Shown: positions 28,701 through 36,874 of the stretch, piece by piece
Layout of the letters: each line of letters opens with the position of its first letter
Position numbering within the stretch: the stretch's first letter is position 1
DNA from: an uncultured Verrucomicrobiota bacterium
GTDB taxonomy: Bacteria; Verrucomicrobiota; Verrucomicrobiia; Limisphaerales; UBA9464
Assembly (NCBI GenBank): GCA_903880005.1
Contig: CAIRNV010000316.1
Span: 13,910-77,909, forward strand
DNA: 64,000 bases
Direction of reading: 5' to 3'
The notes under the pieces: model-generated
What the model saw: only the letters and a program-made list of their open reading frames with translations
Told to the model about the DNA's origin: nothing
Databases searched by the model: none
Program-made: the position numbers and the translations under genes

Positions 28701-29326
28701 GGTCGCCCGTTGTAATGCGTGACGCGCGGGCCATTGCCGTCGTCCTTCACCGTGAATCGCCCGCCCGGCTCGTCGCGCAGGGTCGCGACCCGGTAGTTGG
28801 CCACGTACACGTCGAGGTCCCCGTCGCCGTCGAGGTCACCCGCCGCAAGGCTCATCCCGGCACGCCGGGCGTTGATCTCTTGGCCCCGGGCGAAGCGGCC
28901 CTTGCCATCGTTGAACCACGTCCAGGTGCCGCGCCCAATGCTGTTCGACACGAGGTCGAGGTCCCCGTCGCCGTCGAGGTCGGCCAGGAGCACGCCCGTG
29001 ACGTCGCTGCCATCCCACGCCACGCCCGACGAGGCGGTCCAGTCCTCGAATCGCCAGGAGCCGAGGTTGCGATACACCCGCCCCGCCCCGTCGAGGCCGG
29101 CCAGGACGACATCCGGCCGCCCGTCGCCATCCACGTCGCCCAGGGCCACGCCGCCGCCGTTGAGCGGGATTTGGTTGGTGAGATGCCGTGCCGACGCGAT
29201 GGCGTTGGTGAACCGGATGCCGGCCGCCGGGGCGTCCATGATGGAAAAGCCCGCCGCCGCCGACCGGCCCGCGACCGCGCAGGCGACCAGCCAAAGCCAT
29301 GCTAAGCGGGCCACGACGTTGGACAC
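25733..29326 (-). CDS. FG-GAP/VCBS repeat protein with two ASPIC/UnbV-like modules, paralogue 1
   Basis: ~1197 aa if GTG 29326 is used (SNVVARLAWLWLVACAVAGRSAAA signal-like). ATG 29452 is possible but would overlap the divergent UbiD-family start. Same repeat and module order as paralogues 2 and 3 (GVGAQVRV...AGGRYLSSDEP; SNPFGLGAVIRW). Confidence 0.8.
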   Translation of the reverse strand: MSNVVARLAWLWLVACAVAGRSAAAGFSIMDAPAAGIRFTNAIASARHLTNQIPLNGGGVALGDVDGDGRPDVVLAGLDGAGRVYRNLGSWRFEDWTASSGVAWDGSDVTGVLLADLDGDGDLDLVSNSIGRGTWTWFNDGKGRFARGQEINARRAGMSLAAGDLDGDGDLDVYVANYRVATLRDEPGGRFTVKDDGNGPRVTHYNGRPTTDDDLAGRFSMGPAGVVENGEADVLLLNDGKGRLAPVGWGDGVFVDEDGSPLPGPLLDWGLSVVIRDLTGDGLPDLYVCNDFQSPDRFWINRTRAGSPLRLQAASTLALRNTSAFSMGVDAADVDRDGIMDFFVADMLSRDHRRRNVQVAGLPPSMSQPGVFEDRPQFSRNTLQRGLGGGLFVEVGRMAGVAASEWSWTPLFLDVDLDGWEDLLVSNGHELDMMDIDVSDEAEKAKASRRMSAAEQLGLRKAFPRLNTPHAAFRNLGGLRFEDASRTWGFDVPQVGHGMAAADLDGDGDLDLVVNNLNASPTLFRNDATEPRLAVRLAGLPPNTFGVGAQVRVRGGPVDVQWQEVIAGGRYLSSDEPLRVFASGKAAALDVEVTWRSGKVTRARQAVPGQVILLREADATPATGGADPVPPWFEDVSDRVAFRHHEGPFDDAARQPLLSRNGSQDGPGVTWADVNGDGHDDLLVGSGAGGLPGVFLGDGKGGFQRWMEPPLQKPVGRDLTAMLWFPPVILAGSSNYEDGSTNGGCLRVMDLSRRVSGEALVGQGVTTGPLAIADADGEPGLEVFIGGRAVPAGYPAATDSLVVRAAGGRFTPVQRIPSSSPVQDATWADLDNDGRSELVLATEWGPVRILSLHEGRWVERTREWGLEERTGWWGGVAAGDLDGDGLLDLVVGNAGLNHFPTSATPARPRRLHLVHVVEGGPPLPLESYVGEDGEERPVRRLDSLAAAWPGMRERFPSHARFGAAKVADLLAPPARTQAPWVARCSESLVLLNRGGRFEARPLPVEAQSSPVFGVAVADLDGDGHLDVVLTQNVFAVHPEEGRQDGGCGVVLRGDGKGGFRALSPAASGVALHGEGRGVATADWDADGRIDVAAAQNGAALRLFRNVRGTPGLRVSLAGGGSNPFGLGAVIRWHAGGKPGPWQCVRMGGGWWSSPSPTLVISTGGGAGQVEVRWPGGRVSRTEVAAGARSVEVKAPAP

Positions 29327-29436
29327 GCCATGAGTTCGGGGTCCCAGGCACCAAGATTCAAGCCCGGCTTCATGCGGGGCGGGACGGCCCGCATGGCCTA
29401 GGTGGCACGTTGGGCATGTGGTGGTAGCCTGCGCGC

Positions 29437-30978
29437 ATGGCGTTTCTTTCATTTCGGGCGTGGGTGGATCACCTGGAGGCGGCCGGCGAGCTGGTTCGCG
29501 TGCGCCAACCGGTGGCGACGGAGCTGGAAATCACGGCCTGGGCCGACCGGGAAATGAAGTCGCCCGGGGGCGGCAAGGCGTTGCTGTTCGAGCATCCCAC
29601 GGTGAACGGCGTGCGCAGCCCGTTCCCGGTGGCCGTCAACACGCTGGGGTCGTGGCGACGCATGGCTCTGTCGCTGCGCGCGGACTCGGTGGAGGCCGTG
29701 GCGGCGGAGCTGGGCGCGTTGCTGCACGCGAAGCCGCCCACGGGGATCCGGGAGGCCTTGGCGTTGCTGGGCAAGGCCATGGAGCTGCGCCATGCCCGGC
29801 CCGTGACCGTGCGAAGCGGCCCGTGCAAGGACGTCATTCATCGCTTCGACGCCCCGGCCACCCGGGCCGAGCCGTGGCCGCAGGCCCCGGACATCCTCGC
29901 GGGCGAGACCGGCCCGGCGGCGCCCCCGACCCTCCTGGACCTCCCCATCCTGAAGTGCTGGCCCTCGGACGGCGGACGCTTCGTCACGTTGCCCTGCGTG
30001 GTCACGAGGGACCCGGACACCGGGGATCGCAACGTGGGCATGTACAGGGTCCAGGTGTACGACGACCGGACGACCGGCCTGCATTGGCAGTTGCAGAAGG
30101 TCGCGGCGCGACACGGGCGGCGGTACTACGAGACGGGCACGCGCATGCCCGTGGCCATCTTCCTCGGCGGGGACCCCATGTACCCGTTCGCCGCCACGGC
30201 CCCGTTGCCGGACGGCATCGATGAGTTCCTGCTGGCGGGCTACCTGCGGAAGCGTTCGGTCGAGCTGGTCCGATGCGAGACCAACGACCTCGAGGTGCCG
30301 GCCGACGCGGACATCGTGATCGAGGGGTACGTGGACCCGAAGGAGCCGTTGCGAATGGAAGGGCCCTTCGGCGACCACACCGGCTTCTACACCCTGCCCG
30401 AGCCGTACCCGGTGTTCCACGTGACCGCGATCACGCACCGGCGCGATGCGGTGTACCCGGCCACGATCGTGGGCGTTCCACCGATGGAGGACTTCTACAT
30501 CGGCGGCGCGTCGGTGAAGCTGTTCCTGCCGGTGTTCCGCATGAACTTCCCGGAGATCGTGGACATGTCGCTGCCCGCCGAGGGCGTCTTTCACAACCTC
30601 GTCGTGGTCAGCATCCGGAAGACCTACCCGATGCAGGCCTACAAGGTGATGCACGGCTTGTGGGGCATGGGGCAGATGATGTTCACCAAGTACATCATCG
30701 TGGTGGACGAGGACGTGGACGTGCACGACACGCGCGAGGTCCTGTTCCGCTGGCTCTCGAACACGGACCCGCAGCGGGACGGCCTCATGACCCGGGGCCC
30801 GGCCGACGTCCTGGATCACACGACGCCGGACGTGGGGGTAGGGTCGAAGATGGGGTTCGACGCAACCCGCAAGCTGCCCGGCGAGGGCTTCAAGCGGCGC
30901 TGGCCGCCGTTGATTCGCATGGACGAAGCCGTCACGAGCCGCGTGGATGCGCTGCGGGGAGGCACCAGCCGGGCCTGA
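29437..30978 (+). CDS. UbiD-family (prenylated-FMN dependent) decarboxylase
   Basis: 513 aa. N-terminus FRAWVDHLEAAGELVRVRQPV...GGGKALLFEHP, then NVGMYRVQV, and GPFGDHTGFY typical of UbiD and menaquinone-pathway decarboxylases. Confidence 0.85.
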   Translation: MAFLSFRAWVDHLEAAGELVRVRQPVATELEITAWADREMKSPGGGKALLFEHPTVNGVRSPFPVAVNTLGSWRRMALSLRADSVEAVAAELGALLHAKPPTGIREALALLGKAMELRHARPVTVRSGPCKDVIHRFDAPATRAEPWPQAPDILAGETGPAAPPTLLDLPILKCWPSDGGRFVTLPCVVTRDPDTGDRNVGMYRVQVYDDRTTGLHWQLQKVAARHGRRYYETGTRMPVAIFLGGDPMYPFAATAPLPDGIDEFLLAGYLRKRSVELVRCETNDLEVPADADIVIEGYVDPKEPLRMEGPFGDHTGFYTLPEPYPVFHVTAITHRRDAVYPATIVGVPPMEDFYIGGASVKLFLPVFRMNFPEIVDMSLPAEGVFHNLVVVSIRKTYPMQAYKVMHGLWGMGQMMFTKYIIVVDEDVDVHDTREVLFRWLSNTDPQRDGLMTRGPADVLDHTTPDVGVGSKMGFDATRKLPGEGFKRRWPPLIRMDEAVTSRVDALRGGTSRA

Positions 30979-31081
30979 CCCTCGGCGGGCGACGCGACGA
31001 CCGACGCGCGGCCGTCCCCCAGCCACGCGAATCCAAATGCCGTCTCGACACACGACACGTCCGCCGCCGAAATCACCCCGC

Positions 31082-32122
31082 ATGGCCCGCCCAATCTCAC
31101 GGCGACCGCGCCGGCTGCGGCGCACCCAGTCCATCCGGGACATGGTGGAGGAAGTCCGCCTGCATCCCTCGGACCTCATCGCCCCCTTGTTCGTCCAGGA
31201 TGGGGACGGCCCGCCGCACCCCGTCGAGTCGATGCCCGGCGTGGCGCGCCTCGGGTTGGACGACCTCGTGGAGGAAGCGCGCGCGCTGGCCCGCCTGGGG
31301 ATCCGCGGCATCGCCTTGTTTCCGGTCACGCCCGCCCGGCTGAAGGACCCCTCCGGCTCCGAGGCCCTGAACCCCGACGCCCTCGTCCTTCGGGCCGTCC
31401 GTCGGCTCCGCGCCGAGGTGCCCTCCCTCGTCCTCTTCACCGACATCGCCCTCGACCCCTACACCACCCACGGCCACGACGGGGTCCTCGACGCATCCGG
31501 CACCGACGTGGACAACGATGCCACCGTCGAGGTCCTCGCGCGCATGGCGGTGCTGCATGCAAGGGCCGGCGTCGATTTCGTGGCCCCGAGCGACATGATG
31601 GACGGGCGCGTCGGGGCCATTCGCGAGGCGTTGGACGACGCGGGCCATTCCCACGCCGGCATCCTTGCGTACAGCGCCAAGTTTGCCTCGGCCTTCTATG
31701 GTCCCTTTCGCGATGCCGTGGGCAGCGCGCAGGCGGCCGGCACGCGCGCGTTGGACAAGCGCACCTACCAACTCAACCCCGCCAATCGTCGCGAGGCCCT
31801 CGCCGACGCGCTCCTCGACGAGGCCGAGGGGGCCGACGCCCTCATGGTGAAGCCCGCCGGCCCCTACCTCGACGTCCTCCACGCGCTCCGTTCCCAGACG
31901 CGCCAGCCGCTCGCCGCGTACCAAGTCAGCGGCGAGTACGCACAGATCCATGCCGCCGCACGGCTGGGGTGGCTCGCGTTGCGCCCCGCCCGCGACGAGT
32001 CCCTCCTCGCCATCAAGCGCGCCGGGGCCGACTGGATCCTGACCTACTTCGCGAAGGAGATGGCGCGCGACCTCGCGGCGGACCCAACGCTCTCGCGCCC
32101 CAACATCCCGTTCCAGGAATGA
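31082..32122 (+). CDS. hemB: Porphobilinogen synthase (delta-aminolevulinate dehydratase), Asp-rich metal site type
   Basis: 346 aa from ATG 31082 (MARPISRRPRRLRRTQSIRDMVEE). DIALDPYTTHGHDGV occupies the place of the Cys-rich zinc site. VAPSDMMDGRV, SYSAKFASAFYGPFR and MVKPAGPYLD are also present. Confidence 0.9.
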   Translation: MARPISRRPRRLRRTQSIRDMVEEVRLHPSDLIAPLFVQDGDGPPHPVESMPGVARLGLDDLVEEARALARLGIRGIALFPVTPARLKDPSGSEALNPDALVLRAVRRLRAEVPSLVLFTDIALDPYTTHGHDGVLDASGTDVDNDATVEVLARMAVLHARAGVDFVAPSDMMDGRVGAIREALDDAGHSHAGILAYSAKFASAFYGPFRDAVGSAQAAGTRALDKRTYQLNPANRREALADALLDEAEGADALMVKPAGPYLDVLHALRSQTRQPLAAYQVSGEYAQIHAAARLGWLALRPARDESLLAIKRAGADWILTYFAKEMARDLAADPTLSRPNIPFQE

Positions 32123-32287
32123 TCCCATGGGAAGGGGCATGAGGACGCCGCAGGGTCTTCTGCACGAAGAGGAATGAGCGAATCCCCCGCCCCGGACGCA
32201 CGGGATCACCCGCCAGGGACGAACCGATTGCCGCACCCGTCTCAACCAGCACAACCACCCCACGGAACCTCCCCAGCCCACGCCACC

Positions 32288-32794
32288 ATGGACTCCCTGC
32301 ACGCACCCTGGCGCATTGACTACATCCTCGCGCCCAAGTCCCCGGCCAACCCCGGCTGCGCCTCCTTGTTCTCGACCATCGCCGCCTCCGACGACGACGT
32401 CGCCCACCACGTCGTGGCGAGGGGCCGCACCTGCTACGCCCTGTTGAACACCTACCCCTACAACGGTGGCCACCTCATGGTGGTCCCGTACCGCCCGGTG
32501 CCGGGGCTCGAGGGATTGTCGGACGAGGAACTCCTGGAGTTGCTGCGGATGGTCCGGGATTGCCAGGCGGCCCTTCGCGAGGTCATGCGCCCGCACGGGT
32601 TCAACGTCGGGATCAACCTCGGGGCCGTCGCCGGCGCGGGCATCGTCGAGCACCTCCACATCCACGTGGTGCCCCGATGGAACGGCGACGCCAACTTCAT
32701 GCCCGTCATCGCCCAAACCTCCGTGGTGCCGGAGGCCCTTCGCGAAACCGCCGCCAAGCTTCGCAGCGCCCTCGCGAGGCTGCGTGCCGGGTAG
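32288..32794 (+). CDS. HIT (histidine triad) family protein
   Basis: 168 aa from ATG 32288 (MDSLHAPWRIDYI). NTYPYNGGHLMVVP and the histidine triad HLHIHVVPRW. The track start at 32174 adds a Pro-rich extension. Confidence 0.8.
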   Translation: MDSLHAPWRIDYILAPKSPANPGCASLFSTIAASDDDVAHHVVARGRTCYALLNTYPYNGGHLMVVPYRPVPGLEGLSDEELLELLRMVRDCQAALREVMRPHGFNVGINLGAVAGAGIVEHLHIHVVPRWNGDANFMPVIAQTSVVPEALRETAAKLRSALARLRAG

Positions 32795-32809
32795 CGGGGA
32801 TGACCATTT

Positions 32810-32884
32810 CCTCGTGTCGTGTCTCCCAAATGGCTGGTGTTTCGCCGCGAGGGATTTTCGCCATTTGTGAGACACGACACGAGG
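32810..32884. repeat. Inverted-repeat element family B, short (75 bp) hairpin form
   Basis: cctcgtgtcgtgtctcccaaatggc (32810-32834) pairs with gccatttgtgagacacgacacgagg (32860-32884), 24 of 25 positions complementary, around a 25-nt loop tggtgtttcgccgcgagggattttc. Sits 16 nt after the HIT stop. Confidence 0.8.
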
Positions 32885-32928
32885 CTTGCTCCCTAGCCCA
32901 TGGCCTCGTGCATTCTCTCTCTCATCGC

Positions 32929-35421
32929 ATGCGCATGATGCTTCCAACCGGGTCCAAGATGGCCGCCGCCTTCCTCGCGGCGTCCTTGGCCTTGGCGGAA
33001 CCCCCGCGCTTCTCCCGCGACATCCTCCCCATCCTGTCCAACCACTGCCTTCCCTGCCACGGGCCCGACGCGGCGCATCGCAAGGGCGGCCTGCGGCTGG
33101 ACACCGCCGAGGGCGCCCGTGCCGGCGGCAAGTCCGGCCGTCCGGCCGTCGTCCCGCGCGACCCCGACCGCAGCGCCCTCATCCAACGGATTTCCACCCA
33201 GGACGCCGACGACCTCATGCCGCCGCCGTCGGCCCACAAGCCCCTCGACGCCACGCAGCGCCGCCTCCTGGTTGACTGGGTCCGGGACGGTGCACCCTGG
33301 GGGCGCCATTGGGCCTACGAGCCCGTCGTCCGGCCCGCGCCCCCCCGCGGCGCCGCCGCCGTTCGCAATCCCATCGATGCCTTCGTCCACGACCGGCTCG
33401 CCCGGGAAAACATGACGCCCTCCAAGGAGGCCGAACGCGCGACGCTTCTACGCCGGGTCACCTTGGACCTCACCGGCATCCCGCCCTCGCCGGACGTCGT
33501 CGCGGCCTTCGTCGCCGACGCCGCCCCGGACGCCTACGAACGCGCCGTCGATCGCCTCCTCGCCTCCCCGCGCCACGGCGAGCGCATGTCGTGGGAATGG
33601 CTGGAGGCGGCGCGGTACGCGGATTCCAACGGGTATCAAGGCGATGGGGAACGCACCGCATGGCCCTGGCGCGACTGGGTCGTCGCGGCGTTCAACCAGA
33701 ACCTCCCGTTCGATCAATTCACCCTCTGGCAGCTCGCCGGCGACCTCCTCCCGTCCCCCTCGCGCGACCAGCGCCTCGCCACCGCCTTCGTGCGCCACCA
33801 CCCCATCAACGGCGAGGGCGGGCGCATCGCGGAGGAAAACCGCATCGACTACCTCTTCGACCAGGTCGAGACCCTCGGCACCGCATGGCTCGGCCAGACG
33901 TTCAACTGCACCCGCTGCCACGACCACAAGTTCGACCCGGTCACGCAGTCGGACTACTTCCGGCTCCTCGCCCTCTTCAACCGCACGGCCGTGGATGGCG
34001 GCGGCGGCAACCCCCAGACGCCCCCCGTCCTCGAGGTCATCGACGAGCCCCGCCAGCGCGCCTTGGATGCCGCCGCCGGGACGCTTCGCGCGGCCGTCGC
34101 CGCCGTGGTGGCGGCGGAGTCCAGCCTGTTCCCGCGTCCCGAGGGCGCGCCCCTCGACGGGTCGCCCGCCTTCAAGGACCTGCCCAAGGAGGTGGCCGAG
34201 GCCCTCAAGGTCGAGCCGGCCCGGCGCACGGCCGCGCACGCGGGGAAGATCCACGCCCACTTCGAGAAGATCGCGCCCGCCTACGCCGCCACGCTCCCGC
34301 CCTTCCAGGCCGCCTACGACCGCCAGCGATCCCTCCAGCAATCCATCCCCAGGGTCATGGTCATGGAGGACGTGCCCTCCCCGCGCGACACCTTCATCCT
34401 GGCCCGCGGCCTCTACAACAAGCCCGGCATCAAGACCGGCCCCGGCCTGCCCTCCGGCATCTCCCCCACGCCCGAAGTCCCGGCGTCCAACCGGCTCGAC
34501 CTCGCCCGCTGGCTCCTCCGCCCGGACCACCCGCTCACCGCCCGCGTCATCGCCAACCGGCAATGGCAGCTCTTCCTCGGGACGGGCCTCGTCAAGACCT
34601 CGGAGGACCTCGGCCTCCAAGGCGAACGCCCCTCGCACCCCGAGCTCCTCGACTGGCTCGCCGCAGAGCTCGTGGGGTCGGGCTGGGACATCAAGGCCCT
34701 GCAACGCCTCATCGTCACCAGCGCCACCTACCGGCAATCGTCCCAAGCCACGCCCGAGGCCTTCCGCGCCGACCCCGAGAACCGGCTCCTCGGCCGCGGT
34801 CCCCGCCGCCGCATGCCGTCCTGGATGCTGCGCGACGTCGCGCTTTCCGCCTCGGGCCTGCTCGTCGAGCAAGTCGGCGGCCCGCCGGTCAAGCCCTACC
34901 AACCCGAAGGCGTCTGGGAGGAGGCCACGTTTGGAGGCAAGCGGTACCAACGCGACTCCGGGGCCTCGCTCTACCGCCGCAGCCTCTACGTCTTCTGGCG
35001 GCGCATCGTCGGGCCCACCCTCTTCTTCGACGTCGCCTCCCGCCAGGTCTGCACCGTCCGCACGCCCCGCACCAACACCCCCCTGCAAGCCCTCCTGCTC
35101 CTCAACGACGCGTCCTTCGTCGAGGCCGCGCGCGTGCTCGCGTCCTCCCTCTGCACCGCCTCCCCCGACCCCGCCGCCCGGATCGACCAACTCTACCTCC
35201 GCGTCCTTTCGCGAAGGCCCAGCCCCGAGGAGGCCCGCATCCTCCGTGATGCCGCCTCCCGGCACGCCTCCACCTTCGCCTCCCACCCCGCCGCCGCCGA
35301 CAAGGTGCTCAAGGCCGGCGACACCCCCGCGCCGTCCAACGTCCCGCCGCACGAGCTCGCCGCCTGGACCCTCGTGGCCTCCACCGTGCTCAACCTCGAC
35401 GAAGCCCTGTCCACCGAATGA
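32929..35421 (+). CDS. Planctomycete-cytochrome-C / DUF1549 / DUF1553 protein (PSCyt-PSD family)
   Basis: 830 aa from ATG 32929 with a signal peptide. Haem-like CxxCH in FSRDILPILSNHCLPCHGPD, DDLMPPP, FNCTRCHDHKFDP, a long central region and a DUF1553-like C-terminus. Confidence 0.85.
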   Translation: MRMMLPTGSKMAAAFLAASLALAEPPRFSRDILPILSNHCLPCHGPDAAHRKGGLRLDTAEGARAGGKSGRPAVVPRDPDRSALIQRISTQDADDLMPPPSAHKPLDATQRRLLVDWVRDGAPWGRHWAYEPVVRPAPPRGAAAVRNPIDAFVHDRLARENMTPSKEAERATLLRRVTLDLTGIPPSPDVVAAFVADAAPDAYERAVDRLLASPRHGERMSWEWLEAARYADSNGYQGDGERTAWPWRDWVVAAFNQNLPFDQFTLWQLAGDLLPSPSRDQRLATAFVRHHPINGEGGRIAEENRIDYLFDQVETLGTAWLGQTFNCTRCHDHKFDPVTQSDYFRLLALFNRTAVDGGGGNPQTPPVLEVIDEPRQRALDAAAGTLRAAVAAVVAAESSLFPRPEGAPLDGSPAFKDLPKEVAEALKVEPARRTAAHAGKIHAHFEKIAPAYAATLPPFQAAYDRQRSLQQSIPRVMVMEDVPSPRDTFILARGLYNKPGIKTGPGLPSGISPTPEVPASNRLDLARWLLRPDHPLTARVIANRQWQLFLGTGLVKTSEDLGLQGERPSHPELLDWLAAELVGSGWDIKALQRLIVTSATYRQSSQATPEAFRADPENRLLGRGPRRRMPSWMLRDVALSASGLLVEQVGGPPVKPYQPEGVWEEATFGGKRYQRDSGASLYRRSLYVFWRRIVGPTLFFDVASRQVCTVRTPRTNTPLQALLLLNDASFVEAARVLASSLCTASPDPAARIDQLYLRVLSRRPSPEEARILRDAASRHASTFASHPAAADKVLKAGDTPAPSNVPPHELAAWTLVASTVLNLDEALSTE

Positions 35422-36854
35422 ACCCCTTCGACAGCCTCTCCCGACGGACCTTCCTCGGTCGCGGCGCAACGGGCCTTGGATGGGCGGCGCTCGCGCACCT
35501 CCTGTCCCGGGACGCCCGCGCCGCCGCGCCCGGCATCCCGGGCGGATCCTTCCATCACAAGCCCAAGGCCAAGCGCATCGTCTATCTCTTCCAGAACGGC
35601 GCCCCCACCCACGTCGATCTCTTCGACTACAAGCCCCGGCTCGTCCGCGAGCATGGCAAGCCCCTCCCCGACTCGTACGTCGCCGGCAAGCGGTTCAGCA
35701 CCATGACCGGCAAGGCAGACGGCAAGCTCCTGCTCGCCCCCGTCGAACCCTTCCGGCAACACGGCCAGTCCGGCGCATGGGTCTCCGCCTTGCTGCCCCA
35801 CATCGCCTCCATCTCCGACCGCCTGTGCTTCCTCAAGGGGATGCACACCGACGCCGTCAACCACGCCCCGGCGATCTCCCTGATGCTCTCCGGCTCCCAG
35901 CTCCCCGGCCGCCCCACCCTCGGCGCATGGCTCGGCTACGGCCTCGGGTCCGAGTCCGACAACCTCCCCGCCTTCGTCGTCATGACGTCGGTCACCCGCA
36001 ACACCACCTGCGGCCAGATCTTCTACGACTTCTACTGGGGCTCCGGCTTCCTGCCGTCGCGGCACCAGGGCGTGAAGTTTCGCGGGTCCGCCGAGCCCGT
36101 GTTGTACCTGGGCAACCCGGACGGCATCGAGCGCGACACCCGCCGGGCCATGCTGGACGACCTGGCCGCTCTCAACCGGCGGCACCACGAGGAATGGGGC
36201 GACCCCGAGATCTCCACGCGCATCGCCCAGTACGAGATGGCCTTCCAGATGCAGGCCTCCGTGCCCGAGCTCTCGGACATCTCGCGCGAGCCCGAGTCCG
36301 TGCTGCGCGAGTACGGCCCGGACGTCCGCACGCCGGGGACCTTCGCCTACAATTGCCTCATGGCCCGCCGGCTCCTCGAGCGCGGCGTCCGCTGCGTGCA
36401 GCTCATGCACGCCGGCTGGGACCAGCACAACTCCCTCACCACCGAGTTGTACCACCAGTGCCGCGACACCGACCAACCCTCCGCCGCGCTCGTCCTCGAC
36501 CTCGAGCGCCGCGGCCTGTTGGACGACACCGTCGTGGTCTGGGGCGGCGAGTTCGGCCGGACCCCGTTCATCCAGGGCAGCCTCGACGACCGCGCGCGCT
36601 GGGGCCGCGACCACCATCCCTACGCCTACACCACCTGGCTCGCCGGCGGCGGCGTCCGCCCCGGCATGTCCCACGGCGAGACCGACGACCTCGGCATGAA
36701 CGTCGTCGGCGACGGCGTCCATGTGCACGACCTCCAGGCCACGCTCCTCCACCTGCTGGGCCTCGATCACGAGCGCCTCACCTATCGCTTCCAAGGACGC
36801 GACTTCCGGCTCACGGACGTCCACGGAACCCTCGTGAAGCCCATCCTTTCCTAG
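35418..36854 (+). CDS. DUF1501 (sulfatase-fold) protein with Tat-type signal
   Basis: 478 aa. The start overlaps the previous stop (ATGA 35418-35421). Twin-arginine leader SRRTFLGRGATGLGWAAL, then WDQH, GGEFGRTP and HH blocks typical of DUF1501. Confidence 0.9.
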   Translation: MNPFDSLSRRTFLGRGATGLGWAALAHLLSRDARAAAPGIPGGSFHHKPKAKRIVYLFQNGAPTHVDLFDYKPRLVREHGKPLPDSYVAGKRFSTMTGKADGKLLLAPVEPFRQHGQSGAWVSALLPHIASISDRLCFLKGMHTDAVNHAPAISLMLSGSQLPGRPTLGAWLGYGLGSESDNLPAFVVMTSVTRNTTCGQIFYDFYWGSGFLPSRHQGVKFRGSAEPVLYLGNPDGIERDTRRAMLDDLAALNRRHHEEWGDPEISTRIAQYEMAFQMQASVPELSDISREPESVLREYGPDVRTPGTFAYNCLMARRLLERGVRCVQLMHAGWDQHNSLTTELYHQCRDTDQPSAALVLDLERRGLLDDTVVVWGGEFGRTPFIQGSLDDRARWGRDHHPYAYTTWLAGGGVRPGMSHGETDDLGMNVVGDGVHVHDLQATLLHLLGLDHERLTYRFQGRDFRLTDVHGTLVKPILS

Positions 36855-36874
36855 GCCCTGCAAAGAACCTTCCC

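Noticed and set aside
17791-29305. Series of long + strand ORFs (17791-19941, 19951-22404, 21768-23672, 23910-25628, 27644-29305 and others) opposite the FG-GAP genes
   Set aside because: They are antisense to three genes with strong repeat and domain signatures. Their compositions are dominated by Arg, Gly, Pro, His, Val and Glu, and no motifs are recognisable.
33644-36874. First ~1077 codons of the 1463-aa + strand ORF
   Set aside because: This part runs out of frame across the PSCyt/DUF1553 and DUF1501 genes and is a Pro/Arg/Ser-rich shadow. Only the part from ATG 36875 (mtnA) has recognisable motifs.
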